DNA from: Candidatus Latescibacterota bacterium
Lineage (GTDB): Bacteria; Latescibacterota; UBA2968; GCA-2709665
DNA length: 64,000 nucleotides
Assembly: GCA_965219995.1 (NCBI GenBank)
Contig: CBDCOX010000002.1
Location: 928,001-992,000 of the forward strand
Direction of reading: 5' to 3'
In this document: piece by piece, positions 37,896 to 48,166 of the stretch
Numbering within the stretch: the stretch's first letter is position 1
How the letters are laid out: every line of letters begins with the position of its first letter
The notes under the pieces: generated by a model
Databases searched by the model: none
What the model was told of the DNA's origin: nothing
What the model saw: only the letters and a program-made list of their open reading frames with translations
Position numbers and translations under genes: made by a program

Positions 37896-39699
37896 CGAGG
37901 GACATCTTCACCACGGTCGGTCTGCCGTTCGGGCAGACAAACGGTTCCCTGGTGGCGAACAGCCGGTCGATCAGTGCACGCATCTCCCTGGAAGAGAGCC
38001 GCTCTCCTGTTCGGATGGCCGTGTGCCGGGCGTAGGCGGCCGCCAATCGATGCTCGAGCGGCGACACAACATTCCGGCGCCCCGCGGCGACCGAAGACCG
38101 GGATTCCGCGTCGGTCAGATCGTCGACGATCTCCTGGAGAAGACGCCCGTCTTCCCATGCCTTGAGCTCCACGGGAATGGCATCCACAACCACGGTATTC
38201 CCGCCAAAATCCCGTACGCCGAAGCCCATGGCTTCAAGCAGCGGCATCGCCTCCCGCACAGCCTGAATCTGTGCCAGGCCGAAGTCAAGCGTGACCGGAA
38301 ACAGGAGCCGCTGGCCCAATCCCGCGTTTGCTTCGAAGGAACCGAGCGTCTGTTCGTAGATCATCCGCTGATGGGCCAGGTGCTGATCGACGATAATCAG
38401 GCCGTTCTTGATATGTGCAAGGATATATTTGTCGTGTACCTGCCAGACCGAGACCCGGCCTAAGGCTTCATCGTCCGTCAGATCCGCGCTGTGTTCTGCG
38501 GCCGCGGGTTTTTCGTGGTCCTCCTCCGTTTTCCTTACGGTCAGAGAAAGCGCCATCTGCACGTCTTCAAGACCCAGGGGGTCCGGAAGATAAGCGTCCC
38601 GCTCCACCGGCGCGTCCGCGACGGCTCCTGCCGGATCCGGCGCCGCGGAAGCAGAGCCGTTTGTCAGAACCGCGGGCGCAGCGAATCCGCTATCCACCTC
38701 CGGCACCAGGTCTTCCTCCCTCAATCCCGCGCGCACGACTTCCGAAACCGCTTCGTAAACCGTTGTCTCGTCTGCAAAACGCACTTCGCGCTTGGTGGGA
38801 TGGACATTGACGTCGAGACGGGAAGGATCCATCTCCAGGAGCAGTGCAAAGGCGGGATGGAAGCCCTTCACGAGCAATCCGCCAAAGCCATTGTGCACGG
38901 CGTGCGCCACCGCCCGGTCGCGAACCCAGCGCCCGTTGACGACCATTGCCTGCCGGGAGCCCGACTTCCGCGCCAGTTCCGGTCTCCCGGCAAACCCCCA
39001 AACCCGAATCCCATGCCGCTCACCGTCCAGGAAAACGGCGTCGCGGCCCATTTGAACCCCGAATACGGCCTCCAGTCGATGCTGGCTTTCGGCACGTTCC
39101 AGGTTCAGGATTTCACGCCCGTTGTGAGAGAGTATGAATGCAATGGACGGATACGCCAGGGCAAGACCCGTCAGAGCGTTCGCCACGTGCTTGAATTCGG
39201 TGTCAACGCCTTTCAGGAATTTCCGCCTTGCCGGTACATTGAAAAACAGGCCGTGAACAGCGACGGTTGTTCCCCGGTCACGGCCTGTGGATGCAACGTC
39301 GCGCACCCGTCCGCTTTCCACCCGCACAAGCGTCCCCTGCAACTCCTCTCCCTGCCGCGTCTCGATCGCCATTCGGGACACGGCCGCGATACTTGGCAGG
39401 GCCTCACCGCGAAACCCCAGCGTACGCAGCGTGCGCAAGTCGGAGAGATCCGAGATCTTGCTCGTCGCGTGCCGTTCCAGGGCCAGCAGCGCGTCGTCAG
39501 GCGACATCCCGCACCCGTTATCGCTGACACGTATGGACTCCTTGCCGCCGCCGGCCACTTCAACCACAACGCGGTCCGCGCCCGCGTCGATGGCGTTTTC
39601 CAGCAATTCCTTCACAACGGAGCCCGGTCGCTCCACGGCTTCACCCGCGGCGATCCGATTGGCGATTTCGTCCGATAGAACTCGAATCCGGTTGGGCAT
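37867..39699 (-). CDS. mutL: DNA mismatch repair endonuclease MutL
   Basis: IAAGEAVERP, GFRGEAL, DVNVHPTKREV, DQHLAHQR, CPNGRP. Confidence 0.97.
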   Translation of the reverse strand: MPNRIRVLSDEIANRIAAGEAVERPGSVVKELLENAIDAGADRVVVEVAGGGKESIRVSDNGCGMSPDDALLALERHATSKISDLSDLRTLRTLGFRGEALPSIAAVSRMAIETRQGEELQGTLVRVESGRVRDVASTGRDRGTTVAVHGLFFNVPARRKFLKGVDTEFKHVANALTGLALAYPSIAFILSHNGREILNLERAESQHRLEAVFGVQMGRDAVFLDGERHGIRVWGFAGRPELARKSGSRQAMVVNGRWVRDRAVAHAVHNGFGGLLVKGFHPAFALLLEMDPSRLDVNVHPTKREVRFADETTVYEAVSEVVRAGLREEDLVPEVDSGFAAPAVLTNGSASAAPDPAGAVADAPVERDAYLPDPLGLEDVQMALSLTVRKTEEDHEKPAAAEHSADLTDDEALGRVSVWQVHDKYILAHIKNGLIIVDQHLAHQRMIYEQTLGSFEANAGLGQRLLFPVTLDFGLAQIQAVREAMPLLEAMGFGVRDFGGNTVVVDAIPVELKAWEDGRLLQEIVDDLTDAESRSSVAAGRRNVVSPLEHRLAAAYARHTAIRTGERLSSREMRALIDRLFATREPFVCPNGRPTVVKMSLDEIDRQFSR

Positions 39700-39816
39700 G
39701 CCGAGACGTCTGCCTATTTGTATTGCCGGCGAAGATAATGAAGCGGCTCGGTTCTGAACCGCCTGCGCCGTGCTCCGGGATCCCGGTAGACTGGAACGCA
39801 AATCCCCCGGCCATTC

Positions 39817-41217
39817 TCAGGACTTCGCACGCGGGACCCTGCCCTGGCTCTCAATGAGACCCTGACGTTTCAAACGGTCCAGGGTGCGATCGAACGCGCG
39901 GACAACGTGATCCAAATCTGCTTCGGTATGCACGGAGGCCGTTAATCCGACCAATCCGTTCAGATCGACGCCTTCCAGCTGCATCGCGGCGCGGAACGCA
40001 TCCCGCAATGCGGGATCGGGCCTCTTCAGTCTGCGGTAGTCGTAGGTGCCGCCCATGATCGCTTCCAGGCTCTGCGCTGCGGGTCCACTTTCGGGCAGGA
40101 ACTTTACGCCCGAGAAATCACCGTAGACAACCCAGTTCACGCCGTGGTCCGCGATGACGCCGTTGAGGCGTTTGCGCAGGGCTTCGCCGTTCCGGTTTGC
40201 CCGTGCGACGTGGGTTCCGTCTTCAATAGCCTTCAGCGTGGCAATTCCGGCTGCGGCGGAAACGGGATTGGCGTTGAAGGTGCCCTGGTGAGGCATTTTT
40301 CGACATGTGTCCCACTCGCGGTCTCCCCGGAACGCCAGCAGGTCCATGATATCCCGCCTGCCCGCCAGGCAGCCTCCCGGGAGGCCGCCCGCCAGGATTT
40401 TCGCCAGCGAGGTGAGATCGGGCTTGACGTTGTAGTGGGCCTGGGCACCGCCCGGCGCGCATCGAAAGCCTGTAATGACTTCGTCGAAAATCAGGAGCAC
40501 GTCGTGCCGCAGGGTAACCCGCCGCAATTCATCCAGAAAACCCGGTCGGCCGGGCACGACGCCGAACTGAGCGCCGGTAGGCTCCAGAATGACACAGGCA
40601 ATGTCGTCGTCCCGGTCCAGAATCTCCTCCACCCTGTCGATCCGGTTCGGTGGACACAGGCAAACCGTATCCGCGACTTCGCGAAGAACGCCGGCGGGAA
40701 CAGGTTCGTCGAAATGCGGCAGGACACCTACAATGAGGTTGTCGTGCCAGCCGTGGAAGTGGCCGAAGAACTTGAGTACCTTTCGCTTGCCCGTAAACGT
40801 CCGGGCCAGCCGGAGCGCCATCAGCGTCGCCTCCGTGCCTGAACTTGTGAATCGGACGCGTTCGGCAGAAGGAATCAGCCTACGGACCCATTCGCCCCAT
40901 TCCACCTCCAGTTCGTGGCACGCGCCATAATGGGTGCCGCGCGCCACCTGGTCCGAAACGGCCGCCACCATCTCCGGAAAACAGTGCCCCAGCATCAGCG
41001 CCCCGTGCCCCATCCAAAGGTCCACGTATTCCCTGCCATCCACGTCCCACTTGCGGCCGGCCTCGGCACGACTGGCGTAAAGCGGAAACGGCGCATAGTA
41101 TCGCAGGTCGTGGGTGACGCCGCCCGGAAAAATCCGTGACGCTCTTTCGAACAGCGCGCGAGAGCGGTCGAGCGTATCCCGGAACTCCCCATTTATTCCT
41201 TTAGTTAATTCATCCAC
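39817..41217 (-). CDS. Class III PLP aminotransferase (GSA-aminomutase-like)
   Basis: FTSSGTEAT, LIFDEVITGFR, AKILAGGLP, GTFNANP. Confidence 0.9.
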   Translation of the reverse strand: MDELTKGINGEFRDTLDRSRALFERASRIFPGGVTHDLRYYAPFPLYASRAEAGRKWDVDGREYVDLWMGHGALMLGHCFPEMVAAVSDQVARGTHYGACHELEVEWGEWVRRLIPSAERVRFTSSGTEATLMALRLARTFTGKRKVLKFFGHFHGWHDNLIVGVLPHFDEPVPAGVLREVADTVCLCPPNRIDRVEEILDRDDDIACVILEPTGAQFGVVPGRPGFLDELRRVTLRHDVLLIFDEVITGFRCAPGGAQAHYNVKPDLTSLAKILAGGLPGGCLAGRRDIMDLLAFRGDREWDTCRKMPHQGTFNANPVSAAAGIATLKAIEDGTHVARANRNGEALRKRLNGVIADHGVNWVVYGDFSGVKFLPESGPAAQSLEAIMGGTYDYRRLKRPDPALRDAFRAAMQLEGVDLNGLVGLTASVHTEADLDHVVRAFDRTLDRLKRQGLIESQGRVPRAKS

Positions 41218-41337
41218 AGTAATTTATCTCTTTTATTTATTGTGAATATTCAATGACGGTCCGACACGATTCACGGACGTTGGCCACGGATTGGAAAATA
41301 ACGAACGGCGAGAAAAAAGCAACCGGCAAAAGAGCTG

Positions 41338-43395
41338 TCAAGCACGCGCCGGCAACGGGTACGAAAACGTCCAGTCGGCATCGATACCGGAGAGGTCCCG
41401 AGGATCGTCCGACAGGATCCAGAGATGCCGTTCGGACCCGGCGTGTACAAGAAATCCTCGGGCCGGGTCCGGATCTTCCCAAGCCAGCGGGTCGACGCGG
41501 CTTACGGAGGGGGCCGCGTCCCAGTGATGGTTAAGCGTGACAAAGGTTGCTTCGCGGGAAATCCGGCGGCGGATGAACAGATCGCCGGTATCCGTCGCGG
41601 GCTGGAGGGGCGCTTTCCCAAGGATGATTCGTGCGCCCTTTTCTTCGGGCAGGAATGCCCCCACCCCACCCCCCGGCAGGCCCCAATCCAGGGAAACCAC
41701 TTCCTCGGGTACGAATTCAACCGGCTGCCGGACGTGGGCATAACCGTCGCCGGAAAGCGCAACGGTTCCGCGACGGGAAAGTCCGGTGTGCCCCCGCCGA
41801 TCGTCCGGGTATCTGCAGACCCAGTCCAGTTGGCATTCCTGCGGCGCCGTCACGAGGAACACATCCCAGAAGTATGAATCCGTCCACAGAATCACCCGGC
41901 GCATGGCAACCCCTGAATAGGGGCCATTTTCCCATGAAACACCGGCATCGGCCACTTCGAAGCCACCCGTGCGCTTTGAATCGAAGTTCACCAGCCGCCC
42001 TTCCGCCGGCGGCTGGGAGCGTCCGTTGACCGTTACGGTGTTGTGGCTGAGCGTCTGCCGGTACCAGCTTTCGTTCAGGCCAACGCCATATCCGGGCGTA
42101 CCCAGGTCCGTTGCAACCGCGCATCCTCGTGCGTAGAACGAAATCGAGAGTTTGTCGGGATGTCCGTGTCCGCCGCCGTGGGGGCCGTACTTCAGCAGCA
42201 CGCAACTCTGCCCGTGATGGGATTCCCTGGACCTCAGGATGGCCAATCCGGACGGCATCAGAACGGTGCTGCCCAGGTCGAGCCCACCGTCAGGACCGGG
42301 CAGGTCCACTCCGTAGAGAAGCGCCTCCACGGCCGTTCGTGGACGGCCTGAATAGTTGCGTTGGAGAATCCGGGCGAAATCCACGTCCCCGTACCATCCG
42401 TACGCCACCTCGTAAAAGGACTCCGCCGGCGGCACGCCGTGGCAGACGTCCGACAGCAAGGATGAGAAATACCAGCAATCGTTCGTGGCGGGAAGCCTGA
42501 AATCGGGAAACGCCAGCGACACCGGCGCCCGGAACATCGCCTTGAGCCTGTCGTCGTCTTGCAGGTCCGTGCCGGTGTTCTCGGAAATCTGAGCGTGAGC
42601 AATCAACGCGGCCAGGGTATAGAAATGGTAACTGGACGACCCCTCCCACCACATGCCGTCGTCCTGAACACCCTCCCGCAGCTGGTGGCGGAAGCCGAAC
42701 CTTTCGTCGAGGGCCACCTTCTGAAGCCACGCGTCGTCCAGGCAGATTCCAACCGCCGCGATTGCGGCATTGTGCCAGCATTCGATGTTGTGTATGCGGT
42801 GGAATTTCTGGCCCTGTATATGGTCCGCAGCAAGTGCGAGCAGGTTCGTTTCGATCAGCGTCCGCTCGTGGGCGTTCAGGGTCTCCCGGATCAGGTCGTA
42901 GGCTCTCGTAACGGGAATCAACCACACCGCCTCGTCGAGTGAGTGATTCGCCACCTTGCCCCATCCGTACGGCAGTTCCCGCTCGATCGGATACCCGGGA
43001 TAACGCTCAGCGTAGGCCAGCAGGATCTCTCTGCATCGATTCAGATATGCACGGTTTTCATCCAAACGCCACATGAGCGCGAGACGGTACGCCATTTCGG
43101 AAAGTCTGTTGTTGACGAACCAGCGCCAGGCGGAATCGTACGGCTCGCCCGAAAAAACACGCCCGTCCCGCGGACATCGATGGGCGTTCGGCGAATCCGC
43201 TTCAAACACGAGCTCAACGGCGTGATCCGGACAGAAGTAATTGTGGTAGTATCCGGCGGGGCGATCCTGCGGATGCAACTCCTGGCCGAGAAACGCATCC
43301 GCCCCGGCCTTCAGTCGATCGTATGAATGGGCAAATCCGGCGCGTGTCCGGCGTTCCCTCGCCCGTTCCAGTCGGCTGCCAGAGATCAGATTCAT
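41338..43395 (-). CDS. Heparinase II/III / alginate-lyase-like polysaccharide lyase
   Basis: HNIECW, WWEGSSSYHFY, GGHGHPDKLS, DLGTPGY, SHNTVTVNG. Confidence 0.88.
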   Translation of the reverse strand: MNLISGSRLERARERRTRAGFAHSYDRLKAGADAFLGQELHPQDRPAGYYHNYFCPDHAVELVFEADSPNAHRCPRDGRVFSGEPYDSAWRWFVNNRLSEMAYRLALMWRLDENRAYLNRCREILLAYAERYPGYPIERELPYGWGKVANHSLDEAVWLIPVTRAYDLIRETLNAHERTLIETNLLALAADHIQGQKFHRIHNIECWHNAAIAAVGICLDDAWLQKVALDERFGFRHQLREGVQDDGMWWEGSSSYHFYTLAALIAHAQISENTGTDLQDDDRLKAMFRAPVSLAFPDFRLPATNDCWYFSSLLSDVCHGVPPAESFYEVAYGWYGDVDFARILQRNYSGRPRTAVEALLYGVDLPGPDGGLDLGSTVLMPSGLAILRSRESHHGQSCVLLKYGPHGGGHGHPDKLSISFYARGCAVATDLGTPGYGVGLNESWYRQTLSHNTVTVNGRSQPPAEGRLVNFDSKRTGGFEVADAGVSWENGPYSGVAMRRVILWTDSYFWDVFLVTAPQECQLDWVCRYPDDRRGHTGLSRRGTVALSGDGYAHVRQPVEFVPEEVVSLDWGLPGGGVGAFLPEEKGARIILGKAPLQPATDTGDLFIRRRISREATFVTLNHHWDAAPSVSRVDPLAWEDPDPARGFLVHAGSERHLWILSDDPRDLSGIDADWTFSYPLPARA

Positions 43396-43548
43396 GGGAC
43401 TCTCACGACATTGACAATAGCCGGTTGCCACAATTGCGGTCGAAACTTATCTTTCATGCCGTCACGTCGTCATGGTTGCACGGCGGGCGCCACGTTTGCC
43501 TCCGCGGAACCACCCGCCGTTGTAATCCCGCGATCACCCGGTTTCCCT

Positions 43549-44148
43549 ATGCACGGCGAAATACCCACAATACCGATATCCCCCGATGAAATCCGGGAAA
43601 GAGTTCGAGAGCTGGGCGCCCGAATATCGGCGGACTTCCGCGCCGGCGGCGCTTTCCGGCCGGAGGACCCGAACGCCGGTGAAGAACGGTCGACTGGTTG
43701 GACGGAGCGGCCTCTCATCCTTGTTGGCGTACTTAAAGGCGCCCTCTTCTTCCTGGCCGATCTTTCCCGGGAAATCTCCGTACCGATCGAAATTGAATGT
43801 ATGTCTGTAGCCAGCTATGGCAAGTCCACGCGGAGCTCGGGCGTTGTGCGGATCCTCAAGGATCTCGATCGGGACATCTCCGGCGCGGACGTACTCCTTG
43901 TGGAGGACATTGTGGATACCGGCCTGACGCTGGAATACCTGTTGCGCACTCTGGAGACCCGGCGCCCCCGAAGCCTGAAGGTATGCAGTTTGCTGGATAA
44001 ACCCGCCCGTCGAGTCGTGGATGTGCCTATCGACTACGTGGGATTCTCCATTCCGGACGAATTTGTCGTGGGCTACGGCCTGGACTACGACCAGCGATTC
44101 CGAAATCTCCCCTATATCTCGTTACTGAGTGACATTGAAACGCCGTAA
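43549..44148 (+). CDS. hpt: Hypoxanthine phosphoribosyltransferase
   Basis: VGVLKGA, VLLVEDIVDTGLTL, LLDKP, FVVGYGLDYDQRFRNLPYI; start uncertain. Confidence 0.93.
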   Translation: MHGEIPTIPISPDEIRERVRELGARISADFRAGGAFRPEDPNAGEERSTGWTERPLILVGVLKGALFFLADLSREISVPIEIECMSVASYGKSTRSSGVVRILKDLDRDISGADVLLVEDIVDTGLTLEYLLRTLETRRPRSLKVCSLLDKPARRVVDVPIDYVGFSIPDEFVVGYGLDYDQRFRNLPYISLLSDIETP

Positions 44149-44282
44149 ACACGGCTCTCCCCATAGTCCCGGAAGGAAGCCGCACACTTGTGTCCGATCG
44201 GAGTTGCTTCGCTGCTTGAAACGTGGACATTGAACTTGTCGAAATGCCCGCGTTTCACTTTCTGCAATGGGCTAGTACTTAC

Positions 44283-44311
44283 TTGACAAAGAAAGCGAAA
44301 TAATATATCTT
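44283..44311 (+). promoter_or_regulatory. Transposase promoter within the IS left end
   Basis: TTGACA-17 bp-TATCTT. Confidence 0.55.
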
Positions 44312-44360
44312 GTGCTCATAGGGAATCGATCTCAATTCAATTGTGGAGAGGAGACCGCCT

Positions 44361-45428
44361 ATGAGCCGCCCCGCCGTGTTGATCACGTTGAGTGACGAGG
44401 AAAAAGAGACGCTGTTGAGTTGGAGCCGTTCAGGCAAGACGCAACACCGTTATGTGCTACGCGCCCGGATTGTTCTTTCAGCATCGCAGGGCATTGCGAA
44501 CCGTGACATCGCCAGGGACCTGGGAACGCGCGAGGCCACGGTGTGCAAGTGGCGCCGGCGCTTTCACGAGTCGGGTCTTTCCGGGTTGCAGGACAAGGCG
44601 AGGTCGGGTAAGCCTGCCAAGTACGATCTTTCAAGCGAAAGGCGAATTTTGGAGTCCTTGGACGACGCCCCGCCCAAGGGCTATGGAAACTGGACCGGTC
44701 CGTTGTTGGCCGACAAGCTGGGGATTTCTGTCCACTATGTCTGGCAAGTATTGCGCAACCACGGCATCTCACTGGCCAGAAGGCGCAGCTGGTGTATCAG
44801 CACCGATCCCGAATTTGCCGCCAAGGCCGCAGCCATTGTGGGGTTGTATCTGGAACCTCCCAAAAATGCGATTGTCTTGTGCGTCGACGAAAAGCCCGCG
44901 ATCCAGGCGTTGGAAAGGGTACAGGGATGGCTCAAGCTGCCCAACGGCAAGGCCGTGACCGGCTTTAACCACGAATACAAGAGAAACGGCACCACCACGT
45001 TATTCGCCGCATTGAACGTCGCCACCGGCCTCGTCAAGGCCGGGCATTACAAAAGGCGCAAACGACGCCAATTCTTGAGCTTTATGAACGAACTTGTCGC
45101 CGAATACCCCGATCAGGAACTCCACATCATCCTCGACAACCTGAACACCCACAAGCCCAAGAACGACCGCTGGCTGCCACGCCATCCAAATGTCCACTTC
45201 TACTACACCCCTACCCACGCATCCTGGCTGAACCAGATCGAAATCTGGTTCAGCATCCTGTGGAGAAGCGCGCTCAAAGGCGGCTCCTTCACCTCGATTC
45301 GAGACTTACGCACCGCCATCAATCACTTCATTGACGCCTACAACGAGAACGCACATCCCTTCGAGTGGAAAGCCACAAAAGTCCAACCCAAAGCCTTTGA
45401 ATATAAATACTCTAACTTAACCAATTAA
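44361..45428 (+). CDS. IS630 transposase
   Basis: HTH N-terminus; DDE motifs CVDEK, IILDNLNTH, WLNQIEIWF; stop codon within the right inverted repeat. Confidence 0.95.
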   Translation: MSRPAVLITLSDEEKETLLSWSRSGKTQHRYVLRARIVLSASQGIANRDIARDLGTREATVCKWRRRFHESGLSGLQDKARSGKPAKYDLSSERRILESLDDAPPKGYGNWTGPLLADKLGISVHYVWQVLRNHGISLARRRSWCISTDPEFAAKAAAIVGLYLEPPKNAIVLCVDEKPAIQALERVQGWLKLPNGKAVTGFNHEYKRNGTTTLFAALNVATGLVKAGHYKRRKRRQFLSFMNELVAEYPDQELHIILDNLNTHKPKNDRWLPRHPNVHFYYTPTHASWLNQIEIWFSILWRSALKGGSFTSIRDLRTAINHFIDAYNENAHPFEWKATKVQPKAFEYKYSNLTN

Positions 45429-45439
45429 GTACTAGACAA

Positions 45440-45503
45440 CCCTTCGACCCTTCGACCCTTCGACAAGCTCTGGGCATCGCATGCTCAGGGGAGCGGCTCT
45501 GGG
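45440..45503. repeat. Nested REP-like element (triple nest, opposite orientation)
   Basis: CCCTTCG x3, then ACAA, then GCTCTGGG/GCTCAGGG/GCTCTGGG; reverse complement matches 28193-28259. Confidence 0.8.
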
Positions 45504-45573
45504 TTAGCTGGCTGGTTCCTTAGCCTGTCTGAAGAACGCGAGTCGGGCGACTCGTCGGTGGAACTCAGGCAAT

Positions 45574-46338
45574 CTATCTACGGGGAAGAACGCTCCACGT
45601 CCCGCGATTCCGATCCGGTTCCGCCAGCAGACGATTCACGGACTTGAACAACCCTTCAACCATCCGTTCCGTGAGCCTTCCGGTATTTATATTGTAACGG
45701 CTGAAGTGGTAACTGGCAATCAGAATCCGGGAATCGCGGTCGAAACGGTAGGTCCTTCCGTGCGTGAACGGGAAGTCCCCCGCCTTTTCAACAATGCCTT
45801 CTGCACGCATCAGACGCATCCAGGCTTCGAACGCGTCTCGACCCATCGCCAGTACAACCCGAATCCGACTCAACCGTTCCGTTTCCATTTGCAGCCAATC
45901 CAGGCAGGCGCGTTTTTCGCTGCCGTTCGGCCTGTTCGCGGGCGGGACGCACTTTACAGCGTTTGTGATGTAGACGTTCTTGAGTTTCAAGCCGTCGTTT
46001 GGGTGAGTGGAGTCCGGCTGATTGCAGAAACCGTGCCGGTAGAGCGCCCCGTACAGCACCCGCCCGGCGTAGTCACCCGTAAAGGGCCTGCCGGTACGGT
46101 TCGCACCGTGGGCCCCCGGCGCGAGTCCGATGACGAGCAGGCGGCCGGACGCGTCTCCGAAACCCGGCACCGGTCTTGCCCAGTAGCCGTCGTCATTCCC
46201 CGTCCGGCTCTCCGTGGATACGAACGTGGCGCGGAAATCAGCCAGCCGTTTGCATCTGCCGCAGTCCGCAATGTGTGCGAAGAGCAACCGTTCCGCGCCT
46301 GCCTCGTCCCGCGCGTTGCGCCGCAATCCGACGTCCAT
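45574..46338 (-). CDS. Uracil-DNA glycosylase family 5 (UdgB-like)
   Basis: CGRCKRL Fe-S cysteines, GLAPGAHGANRTGRPFTGD, AVKCVPPANRP. Confidence 0.9.
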   Translation of the reverse strand: MDVGLRRNARDEAGAERLLFAHIADCGRCKRLADFRATFVSTESRTGNDDGYWARPVPGFGDASGRLLVIGLAPGAHGANRTGRPFTGDYAGRVLYGALYRHGFCNQPDSTHPNDGLKLKNVYITNAVKCVPPANRPNGSEKRACLDWLQMETERLSRIRVVLAMGRDAFEAWMRLMRAEGIVEKAGDFPFTHGRTYRFDRDSRILIASYHFSRYNINTGRLTERMVEGLFKSVNRLLAEPDRNRGTWSVLPRR

Positions 46339-46493
46339 TGTGCCGCCTTCCGACCGTCACGTTCGCAGTCCGGACAGAGACATCGCGACGCTTCCCGCGG
46401 CGGGATCGCTGCCCGAGATCCAGACAAGGCGCGGTTGTCGCCGGCAGGCCGCGGTGAATCCCGCGGGCCGGCAGAACTTCCGAGACGTCCATG

Positions 46494-46523
46494 AAAAAGA
46501 GGCGGTCCCGTGGGGCCGCCTCT
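46494..46523 (-). terminator. Intrinsic terminator after the glutaredoxin gene
   Basis: Minus strand GAGGCGGCCCC-ac-GGGACCGCCTC-TTTTT. Confidence 0.75.
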
Positions 46524-46564
46524 CCTATATGGTTCAACTTGAACCCGATTGTTCAGAAGCTGTT

Positions 46565-46927
46565 TCAGCTTCCCGGCCTGCTGCTGAAGAAAACCGCCTG
46601 TTGCGACCGGGCCATCGCCTCGTGTTCCTCGTCGGTACAAGAGCTGTCGGTGGGAACATCGGGGTTCGGGCCCGCGGGCTGGTATCCGCTTCGAACCAGA
46701 TAGGCTTCCAGTTCGTCGCCGCTGATATCGGCCAGAATCTGTCCGTTAAAATCCAGGGTCGGCTGCAGTGGCTGCCCGCTCTTCCGTACCATTTCCTCGT
46801 AGTTCTCCGGAACGTTGATAATATCCTTGTCTTCGTATTCGAGCCCGTATTTTGCCAGTACCGCGCGGATGCCCCGGCTCCATCCGCATTGGGGTTTGAG
46901 ATACGCGGTAATCGTGGGATTACCCAT
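46565..46927 (-). CDS. Monothiol glutaredoxin-like protein
   Basis: YLKPQCGWS, KSGQPLQPTL. Confidence 0.85.
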   Translation of the reverse strand: MGNPTITAYLKPQCGWSRGIRAVLAKYGLEYEDKDIINVPENYEEMVRKSGQPLQPTLDFNGQILADISGDELEAYLVRSGYQPAGPNPDVPTDSSCTDEEHEAMARSQQAVFFSSRPGS

Positions 46928-47100
46928 TCGAGAATCTCCTTTTCATTGAATTCACCACCGGAACACGATGATTTCCTCTGTCCCTTAACATAACGAACTT
47001 CACCGCAATTTGCAAGTCCAATCGCCTTTTGTTGGGACCGTCCGGGTACTTCCGGGCACGCGGTATCGAATGATCGTGACAGCGGTTGACGACGCGTGGG

Positions 47101-47403
47101 TTACTCCGCGGCATTCACCGCATTGGCAAAATCGAGGTCCGCCCGGGTGACGGCGTTTTCGCTATGCGTCGTTACCGTAACCGTCAGGGTCTTCTTCCTG
47201 CTGTCAAGATGGATGTCCGAATGATGGTTATTGGTGTCCATGACCTGTGTAAGCGTGCGCACAAAGGCCATCGTCGGGACGAACTTCTGAAATCTCCATA
47301 TTCGGTGAAGCGCCTTGCTTTCCCGATCGTATTCCCACCCCTCCAGATCCTTCAGGGCTTCCCTGATCTGCTCCTCGGTCACCAGGGTCTTGTCCTCGTG
47401 CAT
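47101..47403 (-). CDS. Pterin-4-alpha-carbinolamine dehydratase family protein
   Basis: LEGW, F..FV, NHHSDI, TTHS..VTRADLDFA; GGGAGG RBS. Confidence 0.88.
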   Translation of the reverse strand: MHEDKTLVTEEQIREALKDLEGWEYDRESKALHRIWRFQKFVPTMAFVRTLTQVMDTNNHHSDIHLDSRKKTLTVTVTTHSENAVTRADLDFANAVNAAE

Positions 47404-47553
47404 TGCCGCCTCCCTTGAAAATGACAACCCTTGATATATTGCGTTAGACCGCACCTGCGGCATCAGCCGACCTGCATGCGTGTCGACCGAAACCCGCCCC
47501 AAAGGGACCGGCGCACGGCCCGGGAGACAATATACCAAGAAACCACGGGCCGA

Positions 47554-48165
47554 TCAATCCCCGCGGGGGTACCCGGCAACTCCCAGCGCCCGCACATATT
47601 CTACCGTGGTGTTGATGTTTCGCAGCGAATCCAGTTCAGGATCCGCGTCCCTCAACTCGGGCCCTGATAAACGGCGGCAGTCACAACGTTCCGCCAGCAT
47701 CGTGAGTCTGAAAGAGCCGGTATCGAGCATGTCCAGAATCACCGGGAGCACGGACACCCGGTAGACGGCGGCAAGCGGGTGCAGGCGACCGTCTATGTAC
47801 GGCATGGCGATATCGGCTTCGCAGGCCAGATGCGCAACTCGCCGAACAAAATCAGGGTGCAGGAACGGCGCATCGCAACCACAGACGAACGCCGCATCGG
47901 CGTGCCGGGAGATGGCTTCAAGACCTGCCGCCAGCCCCTCCAGAGGCCCCCTGCCCGGCAGCCGATCCCGGATGACTCCCACGTTGTCGGGAAGGCGTGG
48001 AAGTCTCTGTCCCTGCGCCGCAACCACAAAAACCGGATCCAGCGTGCCGGCGAGTACACGAACCACGCGATGCAGCAGGGTTTCTTCGCCGAAGCGCAGC
48101 CAGGCCTTGGGAGATCCCATCCGTCGGCTTTGGCCGCCGCACAGCACGATGCCGCCGAGTCTCAT
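47554..48165 (-). CDS. mobA: Molybdenum cofactor guanylyltransferase
   Basis: IVLCGGQSRRMGSPKA, GPLEGL, CDAP, HPLAAVY, NINT. Confidence 0.9.
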   Translation of the reverse strand: MRLGGIVLCGGQSRRMGSPKAWLRFGEETLLHRVVRVLAGTLDPVFVVAAQGQRLPRLPDNVGVIRDRLPGRGPLEGLAAGLEAISRHADAAFVCGCDAPFLHPDFVRRVAHLACEADIAMPYIDGRLHPLAAVYRVSVLPVILDMLDTGSFRLTMLAERCDCRRLSGPELRDADPELDSLRNINTTVEYVRALGVAGYPRGD

Positions 48166-48166
48166 C

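Larger units (their letters stand above)
44272..45435 (+). mobile_element. IS630-family insertion sequence
   Basis: CTAG at both ends; imperfect terminal inverted repeats TAGTACTTACTTGACAAAG / CTTAACCAATTAAGTACTA; single transposase ORF. Confidence 0.92.

Noticed and set aside
39817-41217. hemL assignment
   Set aside because: Has PGGVTHDLR rather than the HemL PGGVNSPVR motif and no hem context
28175-45503. CRISPR array from the recurring TGAGCTTGTCGAAGGG motif
   Set aside because: Copies are dispersed or nested, with no regular unique spacers and no cas genes
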